Assembly (NCBI GenBank): GCA_036630325.1
Contig: CP142733.1
Span: 310,001 to 374,000 of the forward strand
DNA length: 64,000 nucleotides
Origin: Vairimorpha necatrix
Lineage: Eukaryota
Direction: 5' to 3'
The notes under the pieces were generated by a model. That model was not told where the DNA came from, did not search any database, and worked only from the letters and a program-made list of their open reading frames with translations. This document shows, piece after piece, positions 50,901-64,000 of this stretch; the first letter of the stretch is position 1, and every line of letters begins with the position of its first letter. Position numbers and translations under genes: made by a program.

Positions 50901-52349
50901 AATGCGTTAAACATGCAGCTCGTGTCATATTCCGAGGAGAAGAGCCTAAAAGACTTGATAAGAGAAGCACACTCTTACATAGGACATGGAGGAACAGAAG
51001 CGACCATCCTGTTTTTAAAGTCACACGGATTAGCGTCTAGTATCAAGAAGGAAGACGTTAAAAAGGGTTATAAACGGACGTGTGACGTGCGTAGAACATA
51101 AAAAACCACGCAAAAAGTTTGTAGTGTTCCCAATAAGACTGGACTAGTCATTCAAAATGATCGGAATTGGCTGCATTGGCTGCATTGGCCCTGTACCCAA
51201 ATGTTCGTCGGGTAAGAGATTCATCATTGTAGCTGCAGACTACATGACTAGATGGGTAGAAGCAAAGGCAGTAAAGCATAAATCTGCATTCGAAATCGCT
51301 AAAATTATTATGGAAGATATCTTCTGTAGACACGGGACAGTAGAAATAATTAAAAGCGACCAGAGATTAGAATTCACTAATCAGATTGTAAAAAAGATTA
51401 CAAAGCTATTCGGTGCTCACTTCAGGCACTCGAGCCCTTATCACCCACAATCAAATGGACTCGTAGAACGTACAAACCAAAGTTATATAGTGAAGTTATC
51501 GAAGGCGGTAACGAATTATCAGAGCCAATGAGATAGGATTTTACCACTTGTACTAATGCAGTACAGGCTATTTCCTATCGAGAAATTGCATATGTCTTCA
51601 TTTGAAATGCTCTATGGCAGGAAAGGTGTACTGCTTATCGCCATAAAAGAATTGCCAGGTGATTTTGAAATGTTGTACATAAACCCTGCGGATTATCTGA
51701 GCGGATTACAACTAACTAACCAGATACGAGAATTCGTATGTGCGAAGAAAGATGAGGATATTAGGAAATATGATGAACAGAAGTCGAGCAAACTTCCCGC
51801 CAACGACGTAAAAGAAAAAACATTGGTGTTTATCAGAAATAGGAAAATTAGTAGCAAACTTGATAGAAAATGCATCGGACCCTACATAGTGACGAAAAAC
51901 AAGCTTAAAAGTGCCTACAAAGTAAGGAGTCTTGAAGATGGAATAGAACACTCTATAAACCGAAACGATTTTGTAGTATATAATAAAGATGACGATATAT
52001 TGGGGGATATAACCTCTTCCCTGGAAGTGAAGCCTTGTTCTTTAGAGGGGAGAGTGTTACCGGCTGTGTTGCACACGCCAATAATCAGACTGAAACTGAA
52101 AGATGAAACAAATGATAATGATCTGAAACTAAAACTATTTAAGAAATCTTAAATAGAAAAAACATGCCAAATAAATTAGTTCTTCTTCTAATAAAAAGCC
52201 TTCTTCAATAACCAGCTCTCCTTCTGGTAACGCTGAGATCTCTAATACAATTTCTTTTATAATAATTCCATTATCATCTTCTCTACATAATTATACTTTA
52301 TAAAATTGTATTATGTCTGTTACAACATAGACTTCTGCATCTAAATGTT
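47972..52349 (-). mobile_element. 3' fragment of the 38657 Ginger family, split by the Gypsy at 48228 and cut by a Merlin
   Basis: 47972-48227 and 52233-52349 are reverse-complement matches to ~40065-40416. Confidence 0.85.
48228..52232 (+). mobile_element. Full-length Ty3/Gypsy LTR retrotransposon; gag-pol (48359-52152) with a few stops and frameshifts
   Basis: LTRs 48228-48428 and 52055-52232. TSD CTGAG. PBS TGGCGACAACT (48430-48440). PPT AGAGGGGAGAG. Motifs FDSGAS, YLDD, EADASD, SDQ..SNGLVER, GPY. Confidence 0.96.
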
Positions 52350-53562
52350 GGCGCTACTTCATTTTCTTGCCCCCTAAAAAAAACATTAATAAAAAGATAC
52401 AAAATCGTGTTATTTTTCAAATCTAAACATTTTTTTGAGGGGGGCAAGAAAATGAAGTTAAGGTATTTTTTGTCGATTTGAGAATTTTTAAATGCCTCCT
52501 GCAGATTCTTCAATTAAGGGGTTAAAAAATTAAAATTTTTTAAGCCCTTAATGAGGAATCTGCAGGAGGCTATTCGAGAGCTAAATATCTGCGAAGATGC
52601 GTGCTTTAGGAACAATGAAGCAGCAATTGATTTTTTTTAGATATTGGTCTTCTAAAAAGATCGATTGCTTGCAGACATTGTTCGACATCAAAACGAACTG
52701 TTCTTATGAACATTAATGGATGTTCCGGCTAAATTGACGGTAAAGCTTATCGTTGTGTTAATAAAAAGTGTAGTTCGAAGAGCTCACTTAAAAATGGTAC
52801 GATTTTATAGGGATAAGTGTTCAATTTCACAAAATTCTTAGAGCATTCTATGGCTGGGTATTAAATTATACTACTTACCAAGCAATATATCTTTGCAAAA
52901 TATGTGAAAATTCATATATTAAAATTAAGAATACAGTGATGGAAGTCATTGCTTCTAAAAGCGATGATAGCTACCAAATATGAGGAACTTCTGTTTGTAT
53001 ACAATTTGATGAAACCTCCATATGCAACGGTGTAATTGTATCTAATCCTTCTTCAACTTTGGATTCCATGCCTGGAATTCAATGAAATATAGGCGGCATA
53101 GTAGAAGGTAATTGTAGAGAATTTATTCTTGAATTGCTACCTAATCGACAATCTAGTACTATTGAAGACTTTTTTAGACGCAGAGTAAAACGTGGCTCTA
53201 TTATAATTACTGATGGATACCCTTCATACCATCAGCCTCTAGAAATTTTGGGAGTGAACATTACAAAGTAAATCATTCGCTTGGGTTTATAAATGCAGAA
53301 GGAGACCACACAAATAATATAGAAAATTTGTGGTCCCAATTGAAAAAAGAATATAGATTGAGAATGGGGCTTAAAAGGCATAGGATAAATTTATTTCTAA
53401 AAGAATTCGCTTGGGAAAAAAAAATATCAATCATTTCAATAATGATATTCATAGGTGTGCTTATATAAAAATTTTAAAACTTTGTAGGTTGGAATAAATA
53501 AAATTTCTTCTAAATAATTTTTTTTTCTAGGGGGGGGGGGGGCAAGAAAATGAAGTAGCGCC
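52350..53562 (+). mobile_element. Merlin transposon, degenerate (family of 34898)
   Basis: TIR GGCGCTACTTCATTTTCTTGCCCC. Colinear with 34898-36094. Flanks differ. Confidence 0.9.
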
Positions 53563-54323
53563 AACAATTACCTTCTATGGTATTATTATGTACTCCTGTA
53601 TTCGCATCTCTTTAATGTAATGTATGATTAACCATATGATGTTGGTTTAATATTGTATTTAAAGAATTATACGCTCTCCACATATCGCTATATATATACT
53701 GCTTCTACTTACATATTTTAAAAGAAGTTCAGTAAGTTTCTTTTGTCTCGTTTCTTAATATATACAACTATGTTCTACGTTGGATGGTACTTTCAACCAT
53801 TCCAAAACACCAAAATCCTTTTACTAACTTCCCCTATTGTATTTATTCTTCCCAATCTTAGTCTCATCAATTTTCACTATCGTATTATCGCCTCCAATAG
53901 TCCCTATACTAGATAAATACTTATCATAAAGACTCATTTCTTTTAACTTTTTTAGAACGGAAGATATAGAAGGTTTAGTACAACCTAAAACTTGAGAAAT
54001 GGACTAACGTGAATAAGATAGAATCTATAAATTTAGTATTTGTAATATTTTAATGTGTTTTAGCCTAGAATCCTGAAAGAAAGTTCCATTCCAAATTGAA
54101 ATTGTGTTTTAACATGAACTCCATGGACACCTTATGAGAACTTTGCTTCATTTTTTGATTACAGACGCTACATTTTTTATTTTGTTTCTTAATTATTAGA
54201 TCATTGTATATGATCTCCAATTCTTCTCTTGTCTGAATTCTTTCCATCGTTATTTAAAAAAAGGGGCAAAAAAAAACAAAAAACCCCTATATCGATTTTT
54301 TGTAGCTAATGCTTACTTTGGCC
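53563..54323 (-). mobile_element. Merlin fragment (43849/45676 clade), 3' end missing
   Basis: MERIQTREELE N-terminus. TIR ending CTTTGGCC at 54323. Confidence 0.85.
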
Positions 54324-55239
54324 GAGTTGAGTGTAAAAAGCAACACTGGAGTTAAAAAAATTGATGAAGTATTATAGACACTATAAAGAAGATAGAGATT
54401 ATCAAGCGATAATTCGACCACGGAAAATATAATACAAAACCAGGTAAAGGAACCGCGATGAGAACGATCAAAAACAGCTGAAATACGTCGAAACGGCTAA
54501 TGCAATATATCAAAGAATTAAGTTTATATCGATGGTCATCAGTTTTGGCTATTTTGACCCACGATTAGAATTTAGATTTTTAATGTGGTATCATCAACAT
54601 GTTAAGAAAAATATTTTTTCTTACAAAAACTTTTCTATAAAAAATGAATTTTCTAGAATTTAATTTTTTATAAATGCATATTTTAGAAAAGAAGGGTTGT
54701 AGCTTCGAGAGGAGAAATGCTAAGCAAAGCTATGACGGGTCAAAACTAAACAAAGACCAATACAGGTCAGAGGAGCCGTCGTCTTCAATAAAAAATTATT
54801 TAAAAACTATTAAAAATGAGCGAAGTACCCAGCGATAACGTCAGTTAGATTATATATGTAGAAATATTACAAAGGAATATATGTTTATTAAAATTTATAG
54901 TGGAATCAGATACAGTAATTGTTTTTATAAAGCTAAAAAATAATAATCACTCATCTTAATAAAAGAAAAAAATAAAAAGCTTAAGAGCTTGCTATATAGC
55001 ACAGAATTATTAGTGACTAATCTTGATCTAAGGGTTAAATATAGAAAAAAAACGTAATAATGTCAGCTGTCAGGAAAAAATGATTTTAGCAAGCATTATC
55101 ATTATAAGTAATACATGGAAAAAATGATTTTATGCGAGTGAAATGATTATTATTTGTCATTAATATCTTAAAACTTCTATTTTCTAAGTCAATATACAAT
55201 TTTCATAGTGTATAAGTAATCTTTTACTTACTTTTTACA

Positions 55240-56910
55240 TGGTTTTTTTAATAGTGTAGAAATATATATTGACCACAATATAACCAACAGATATTCTTTT
55301 GTTTGTATTTATTATCATGTATTATTGTAAATATTTTTTTAAAATATTACCTTTGTGAAAACACAGTTCTAAAATAGTATAAAAATGTTTTTGAATTTTT
55401 TTAAACCGTAACAAAAATTGAATAAACATATTTAACCATTGAAAAATGCAAAAATGTATTGATCAAACAATGAACTATAAATTTTTGTTTGAAAATAATT
55501 GTATTGTATTTTATTTATGATTTTAATTTTATTTGATTATTGATATGTTGCTTAAAAGTACTTTCTAAATATCATGTTTTTGTAATGTCAATCTTGTGTT
55601 CGGATTTTGTTAATGATAATGCGTGTATGTGTAAAGTAAGAAGAATGATACCATAAAACCCCCTTATATTCATAATCAATATTTGCCTGGTTTATATCTA
55701 TTAATTTACATTGACCATCTATCTATATCTATCGTATCTTTGTATTTGTTTGATAATATTCATTATCCATTCCTTAATATCTTTAATCTTATTTCATATA
55801 TCCACAGAATCTATATTCTTGTTTGTATAATATATCTAAAATATTCCGAATGTATCTGTGATGTATATTACTACATCACATGGACAGCTGCTAAAACCAT
55901 CAGCTGTCACTGATGTCTAAAGACACGTCAAGCATTTCAAATGACCTGTCAAGATGAGTCACACAAACAAACAAACTTACGAAAGTTGGATGGTCGTGTC
56001 TACATTCGTAAGTACGAAAATGTTTGTGTTTAATGTTGACAAGAAATAATAAATTAAAAATAAAATATAAAAGAAAGTCTGTCTGTGAAGGGCATGGAGT
56101 ATAAGAGAAATAGAGAAACCATCAATAAATTATATAATATTAAAAATTATTTAGAAAGCTATTATAAATATAGCAAAGTCCCGTCTATACAGGACAGTAT
56201 CTAATATCTTTTTTTCTGTATATATCTATATCTATAATCTTTTTTTCTGTAAATATACAATAAATTATATTTTTTGTGTTCTTTAATTTAAATCGGTTAT
56301 CTTTTCTATATATTGAATAACATATATTACTTTCATCAATTATACTTTTGAATTTATTCCTATACTAATGAAAATATAATTGATGAAAGTAATATTTGTT
56401 GGTAAATATATAAAAAAGAACATCGATTTAAATTAAAAAACACAAAAAATATAATTTATAATATATATATAGTTCAAAACATAAGAAGTTTTTTAAAGCA
56501 TCCCCTTTTCACTTACTGCATACACGCATTATCATTAACAAAATCCGAACACAAGATTTACCTTAAAAAAACATGAAATTTAGAAAGTACTTCTAAGCAA
56601 CATATCAATAGTCAAATTAAATTTAAATCGCAAATAAAATACTATACGAATGTTTTCAAATAATCATTAAAAGTTCATTTTTGCTTATACATCTTTGCGT
56701 TTTCATTTTTCGATGGTTATAAAGTTTTTTTCAATTTTTAAAAGGTTTAAAAAATTCTAAAAACGATTCTAATACTTATTTTGAAACTGTGTTTTACAAA
56801 TAAAATAACTTAAAAAGATATTTACAATAACACATGAGAGTAAACACACCAGAAAAAAATATCTAATTGTTTCAATATGGTCATATTCACCACCATACTA
56901 TTAAAAAAAT
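55240..56910. repeat. Long degenerate inverted repeat (arms ~55240-55670 and ~56480-56910) enclosing an inner hairpin at 56258-56462
   Basis: AATCTTGTGTTCGGATTTTGTTAATGATAATGCGTGTATG (~55590-55629) is the reverse complement of ~56519-56558. Inner arms ATATTACTTTCATCAATTATA / TATAATTGATGAAAGTAATAT. Confidence 0.85.
55857..56196. mobile_element. Solo LTR, ~350-bp family (copy 5, opposite orientation)
   Basis: TG...CA ends, TSD GTATC. Confidence 0.88.
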
Positions 56911-59294
56911 AGGCAAAAAACAAATATATTAATATTAGAGACACAATTACAAATAATAGAAAAATATGAGTAATAAAAATAAACAAATCCTTTTTTATAC
57001 AAAAGTCTTCTTCTTCAATACAAAATTTATGTCAATAAGTAAATGTTTATATGAATCATGTAGACATGACAGCCATTTAGGCATTTTTTAGCAAAAAAAT
57101 GTAAACGAGTAACAATTTTTAAATAGTGCTTTGGACCAATTTGCGCATAAACAAACACCTTTAATAAACAAAATATTCAATCGACTGGAAAGTATATTAA
57201 GAATAATTATTTTTTTGATTTCCTTATTATTGTTTGGTTGAATATTTATGTTTGGCATAATATACTTAAAAAATGATATAATATTAAATTGGATGAATAA
57301 TTTTTTTTAGGGGTAAAAAATTATTTATGTAAAGCAAGACATGATAGGTCAGTCACTGCTTTACAGTGCATAAAACTAATGAAGATTGCTAACATTTATA
57401 ATTGTGTAAATTTTAAGGGCTGCAAACTTACGACATGTCAATTCTCTCATTTTTATTAAAAATTGAATTGTATATTAAATTAATTTTTACAAACATTTTT
57501 CTTAGAAAGAAGGGAACAAAAAAAACCAAATGAAAGAAATGGAAATTAGAAGTCAATACAGATACGTTTTTTACAAAATTGTGTAAAAAACAGTAGAGTT
57601 TTTACTCACCGATAATGTTTCTGGCACCACAGTAAATAAAATAAACAAACATGACAAAATCAAAACTAACATTATGCTATATAAGTATTTCAAAGATCAA
57701 TATCATACACGAACTAAAAATTTTTCATGTGTAGAACTATGTATACCTCATAGGTATAAGTTGTGTTCTGATTTAAATGTTTAATTGATATCTAATGTAC
57801 CAAAAACTTATCTAATAATCTTTTTAAAATAACAAGAACCTAAAAAATATAGTATTTTGCTAAATTTAATATAAAAAGAAGCTTGTGTCATGTGTGCATT
57901 AATTAGGATATTTTATAGTATATGTATGAGGGTGCTTTTCTTGAAGGAACATGGTATTGCGTTAGTCTAGATTTCTGAGGCGTAATTGTTTTGATTTGTC
58001 ATTAAAGACTATTTGTTTATTAAGCAAAAAACATTTAACTATGGTTTTTAATTGTATGTTTGCCATTTGTAAATGACTTTATGAGTTGCTCTAATAGATG
58101 TCTACAAAACAGACAAAGTTAGAAATCTACAAAGATAATTTCATGATATTTCGAAACTGGGAATTAGCACTATTATAAAAAAACTTAAACGCAGTTTACG
58201 AAACAAAAATTTGCTGTAAGCAACTTCAAGCATACATTAAAAAAATTCAGATTAACAAACAATTAAAATATTAGACCCTTATAAAAAACCTTTTGACTAT
58301 CTGAGCGTTGTTTATGATTAGGGCTGCCATAGAACTTATTTTCTTATTGAAATTTCAATTTTTTTATATATGCTAAGTATAATATTAGAACGTATTTTTT
58401 GTATGAACCAAAAGCTAATTTTTTTTAGAAAAATCGTCAATACCTATATTATGATTTAAATTTTATATAGATGTTAAAGTATGCTCGCACTAATATTAAA
58501 CTGTAACATTTTACTTTATTTATAATTTTATTAAATCATAGCGACGTTAATTAAGGTTGTTTCGCTGTAACATCTAATTAAATATTGCTATTAAATTAAT
58601 AAGGGTTAAACATAAAATAACAATACCTCTCCCTATGCGATACACTCTCTTATTAATATACTTAACTACCATTTTACTAAATTCATCTTGTCTGTTAGTT
58701 TATGTTCCTCGTTTTTAAGAACATTATAAGAATCTTTAGTATACACTTCACCATATTAGCCCACATAAAAACGGAGTTTATTATATTGTCACATTTTTTT
58801 GAATTTACAAATTTAGCTTAAATCACTTGTTATAATTTAATTATTCTCTATATCAATTCCAAAATATCTAGAATTTTTTTTGTAAGACTATTTACTATAA
58901 TCCATACATCGGCCTTATATTTCCCTAAATTATCAAAAAAGTATTGTATAGCTTGATTAATTAAAAAAATACTCGCTTTATCTTGATTATCCTATTGACT
59001 CTAGATATTATTTCTAGTGGTTCGGATATTCTTCTAATTCTTTCCGTTGCTTCATATTCCGCCAAATTTTAATGGCTTTAAACTCATACTTAGATTTTTT
59101 TATCTATTTATTACATCTATTTTTATCTCATAATGCTTATTTTCACGTTTTTTATCTTGAATTTAAATTTATTATATATTTTCTGCTCAATCAGTTTTGA
59201 TCTCTGGAAATAAAGAAAAAAGATAAGAAGAAAGACTAAAAACTTAACTACATAAAGCACTTTTGCATAAAAACTTACATTTATAGCTAGTTAA

Positions 59295-60924
59295 TGTGGC
59301 GAGCGAGCGTTTATTCCTTAGGATTCCTGCCTTGTTCAAGCATTGCCCCTTGAGTTTTCCTTACGTAAGGCCCTGTCTGAATCATATCTCATTTAAATTA
59401 AAAAACACTCCAAACTGGATTCAAATCTACGGCCTGTGCACAGAAAACTCAATAGTATACAACTGAACCATGGCATTTTAAAAAATGTAAACTTTTTCAA
59501 AAAGAATATACTGGCATAATAACATTTTGGCCAAAATAAATTTTCCCATCTAAAATTATTCTTTCTCTCAGAAAAGCTGTTAAACACGAAAATTTAACAT
59601 TAATCTTACAAGGCAAAAATAATAAAGTTGTTTTAGAAAAGTAACAAAAAACAGTAAAAACAAAAGGTTGCCAATTTCTTTCTTGTAGATGAGACAATAT
59701 ATTTAAGGTATGAGACATATGAAAACCACCTACCGGTTTTTATAGTAAACATCTTGAAGCCATCGAAGTCAAATGTTGAGCTTCCATCAGCCTCGTCACA
59801 AGGGCGTTAACAGATTTAAGTCATCATGCAATAAGGGTTTCTCAGTAAATCCCTAGGGACAATATTATAAAAGTCCTTTCCGAATGCATGATATTATACA
59901 ATCGCGTCTGTAAACAGTAATAGCCAAGTCTATATAACGGCCTCTAAACCGATGAAGCTAATATGATCGATTTAATCGCTATTACGCACTATAAAAAGTT
60001 TGACAATGAGAATTGTTGAATTTTAACAATATTAATGTGTATTCTAAGTTTGGCTGGGCCTTTCCAAAAAAGTAAAACAGGAGGAGAGGTTATAGAAAAC
60101 CTACTATTTATCTTACAATATAACTGGTCTCTCCAAGATTCTTTAAAGCAATAATGAATGAAAATTCTGTAATTCACATATAAATAAACCTTTTGCAGAC
60201 TTTTTTATTGATCAAAAACATAGTGTGCCCAATCACTCACCATCAAATTGGTAAATAGAAAGATTTAACCAACATTAATTAGTACTATTTAAGAACAAGT
60301 TTTTATAAAAGGTTTGCTTGAGCTTGACAAATCTAGAACCGAAAATGAAAATGAATGGCTTAAACATTCTATAAAGTTCTAATCAAATTAAATTTAGAAA
60401 ACAATAGTGCGACAAAACAAGTTCATTTATTTTTTTTGAAAAAAATACCAGAATTTAATTTCGTTTTTACGCACGATTAGAACGAGTCATTGAATTATAG
60501 TCTGAAAAAAATAGAATTTTGACTTGAGACAGCAAAATAAAAGAGATGTGTCGAAAATGTTCTTAGAGAACAATTCAAACTGTGTTAGAAACTTTAATCT
60601 ACCTTGCATATATGGATCGTATTTCTTATGTCCATATCTCAATATACACTTGAAATAGGTGACGAGGTCATTTTAACTATATACTTGATAATAATATCAA
60701 AACCAAAAAACTAAAATTATCTTTGTTTTTTTCTAAAGAAGTTACTATTGCAGAAATTCTCATAAACAACAGAGTGAAACGTAAAACTATAGAAGATACA
60801 GAGATTTTCACTATATCTAATCTTGTTACCCTTTAATACAAAACAATCAATTTTAATGTATTCATGTTCTTTCTATTTATTATTTTTGTACGTTCTGAAG
60901 AGAAATCAACGCTCGCTCGCCACA
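59295..60924. mobile_element. Putative non-autonomous TIR element (Ginger-like ends)
   Basis: Perfect 17-bp TIR TGTGGCGAGCGAGCGTT. Flanks TTAA/ATAA (3 of 4 match). No transposase recognised inside. Confidence 0.65.
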
Positions 60925-61039
60925 ATAACATTAGTTTTAAAGAACGTCTTTATAAAATTTAGACGGGAACAAAAGTAATAATAAAACCAAAAGCCAAAGA
61001 ATATAAACACCTTTACAATTTGAATTTAAACATTAATCA

Positions 61040-64000
61040 TGTTAAGGAGGCAGTAGTTTAAATCTTTTTTGTGTCTAACCTAAGTCTTCTTTCTTGCTTC
61101 GTACAAACTTTATTTTACAGCATTAGTCCCGCAAATATTAGATTTTCATTAAAAACTTTGTAAAATTAATAGTTTATGTATTTATTTATCATAATTCGGG
61201 ATCAAAAATATAAGAATATATAACATCCACCCCTCCAAGATGGTTAGTCTCCTACATCACCATTAACCCAAAGCAGATTTTTCAAGGCATAATGTCTCTT
61301 TTTGACATGTCGTCCATTAGATAGCTTCACAACATACGAGTCCCCGAGGCATACCACCAATATAATTCCTTCGTCTAAAAACCTTCCCTTTTCATATTTA
61401 CTACATTCTTTAATGTTTTTTTTCTTATCTATCCTTACTCGTTGTCCTTTAATAAACCGCTCTCTGTATCTCCTAACAAATCTTTTATGTAGCGTTCTTC
61501 TAGTCAATTTAATATCATCACTTTCCCCGTATTGTCTTTTGCCGCCTCATTGGGAGTATTTCTTATACCTCATGGTAACTATTATTATAAATCTTAAAAC
61601 TTTTCATCACTATATCTTCTAAACTCGCCGCATCTAACTCAATTTCAATATTAGCTCTCTCAGCGTTCCTATAACTCTTTCAACTCTACCATTGCTTCTA
61701 TGAGACTCGACACTCACCTTATTACGGGTAATATCCAATTTTCTATACAAATCCTTAAAGTCAACATTATCAAATTTCATCCCATTATCCGTTATTATTT
61801 CCTCCGGCCTCCTGCCATTTCTACATAAGTATTCAATAAACTGGGCCACAGAGGATCTCTTCTTATCGGATAATACACATCCCCACACTATCCTCGTGTG
61901 GTAATCTATCGCAACTAATACAATTTGCCCTTATCTCTAGAATCAATCAAATCTAACGCTACTTTTTCTAAATACCTGCTTGTAGCAACAAAATCACATC
62001 CTCCAGACTTTTTCCTATTGTAAATTTGACACTCCTCGCACCTTTTTATCATTTTCACTATATCTTTTTTATTCCTGGCCAATAATAATCAAACTTTATG
62101 GCATAATACATGCTTCCTAGTCCTCTGTGTCCATGCTCTTTATGATAACGTCTCATAAGCTCATGCTTTCTTCTATTTTAGGAATCAATGCTTTCCTCCG
62201 TGAATCAAATTCTCAGAATTCTTTACCGTTTATGTCTCGACGTGCTTCAACCATTTACTTTCAGTTTGGCGCTCAATTCTTTTTTTACCATTTCTTTTCT
62301 CGTATCAACCTTTTCGCGTATCCTACTCAAAACATCCGCCACAATCATATGTTCTGGTTTCCTGTAATCTATTTCAAAGTCAAACTCTTGGATCTTTTCA
62401 ATCCATCGATTAAATCTATTATTATTAAAACACGGCTTTTTTCTTATTTTCGCCAATGCTTTGTGATCCGTTTCTACTTTAATTTTTCGTCCTCTTAACT
62501 CATACTCAAATTTCTTTTTTCCTTAATATATGGCATACATTTCCTTTTCACTTATACCATATCTAGTTTCCGTCGGGATGAATTTCTTCGATGCCCATTG
62601 TACTGGTACCCACTCTTCTTTATCATTCTTCTGTATGAGTACTACGCCCATTCCTATATTGCTCGCGTCAGTTCTTTATAAAAATCCCTTGTCATAGTTT
62701 ACAATTTTCAATTTACTTATACTTCTCAACGTTTCCTTCAAATTTTCGAACTCTTTATTCAGGTCATCAGTCCACTTCCATACTTTACTTTTACCTTTCA
62801 AACTTTCAGTCATATATAATGTCTTCTCCGCATAATTCTTAATAAATCCTCGAAACCATCCACTCAGTCCTAAAAATCTTCTTATGTCAGACACATTCTG
62901 CGGCGTTGGAAACTCCAGTGCTTCGTTTTTCTTGATTTCAGACGGCATCATATCATCTCCGTTTAGTGTAACTCTTAATAACTATACTTCCTTTTGGCAA
63001 TACTGAATTTTCTTTGAATTTAATCGCATATTATTCCGTTCTAACAATTCCATCGCTTCTACAAAACATTTATCATTTTCTTTTCTAGTCTTCGCATGAA
63101 TCACTACATCATCCATGTATACTTCTATTTTACAACCCAAATGGTTTTCAAAAATCTTATTCATAATTCTCTGCATGATATGAGGCGAGTTTTTAAACAC
63201 ATGGCCATACTATTCCACTCATATACTATCTTATCATACACAAATGGAGTCTTATGCTTATCTTGCTCTTCTATTTCGATTTCATAAAAAGCCTCCTTAA
63301 GGTCTATAACACTGAAAAACCTCGACCCTTGCGTGTTCCTTATGATATCCCCAATGTTAACTAAATCATAAGGGTCTTTCTCCACTAAATCATTTAATGC
63401 CATGAGATTGCTAACCAGTCTTATATTTCTATCTGGCTTAACTAGAGCTTTAATCGGATTTCTCCATTCCGACTTCGATCTTCTTTTGACATTCCTTGTC
63501 TCTAACTTCTGAATATATTTTCTCAGCTCTTCTTTATGCGCTTGTGGCACCTGTTGACCTTTCCTAACAACTTTCTTACCTTCTTCAGCTCTGAATCTGC
63601 ATTTTTCGATTTTACAATATCTTATTTTCTCTTCTTCGTTGTCTACAACGTTCCTGAACCTCTTTCTCATGTCTTCTAATGTTAGACCGTTTTTTTCTAC
63701 CTCATCATAACATCTTTTATTTCTTGTCTTCCATTCTTGTTTTTTTTGTCTTTTAACATCCCGTGTGTTCCTATAAGTCCTTTCATTACAGCTACTGCTA
63801 CCTTCTTTTTTAATCTTCTCACATTCGTCTTTATGGCTTTCATTTCTACATCTATAATAACACATCTGACTCTTATGTCTCATTCTTGAACGTTTATAAC
63901 ATCTCATTGTTCCTCTCTTTTAAATATTTTTTCCTCTCTACTAATATTTCTAATCTCCTCTGCCTCCATCTTTGTGACCTCCTCAATCATCCGTAATCTC
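61040..64000 (-). mobile_element. Ty3/Gypsy element (3' LTR ~61040-61225, degenerate pol), continuing beyond the window
   Basis: RT motifs IDLKEAF and YMDD, RNase H TDAS and TDHK, integrase TDNG..SNGRVER. PPT GGAGGGGTGGA then TGTTA...TAACA. Confidence 0.9.

Noticed and set aside
56980-59200. Possible degenerate host genes on the minus strand
   Set aside because: No ORF of useful length and no motif that could be identified with confidence.
59295-59311. AAV Rep-binding-like GAGC repeats
   Set aside because: Only two repeats, no parvoviral ORF or T-shaped hairpin. Better explained as a TIR.
1699-63287. Numerous short ORFs antisense to TE genes
   Set aside because: They are shadow ORFs on the opposite strand of transposase or pol sequences, with no independent support.

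Overview
Very AT-rich eukaryotic DNA, probably microsporidian. This is inferred from CCC/GGG-type motifs a few bases upstream of most ATGs, apparently intronless genes and extreme Merlin diversity. The window is a nested transposon graveyard with no recognisable intact housekeeping gene. It holds about 12 Merlin (IS1595/ISXO2-like) TIR families in roughly 19 copies or fragments, two with intact ORFs. It also holds several Ty3/Gypsy retrotransposons and solo LTRs, two Ginger-type integrase DNA transposon families, Tc1/IS630-like elements and a MULE. Non-TE content includes a decayed virus-like D5/SF3 primase-helicase, a duplicated acidic-protein pseudogene, a ~160-bp tandem repeat, long inverted repeats and tRNA-like relics. 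The most notable observations are the D5-like gene, hairpins at both ends of unrelated LTR families, gag starting inside the LTR, Merlin TIRs that duplicate the promoter and start codon, internal inverted TIR copies, and many elements with mismatched TSDs marking rearrangements. Coordinates were counted by hand and family calls rest on motif recognition, not database searches.
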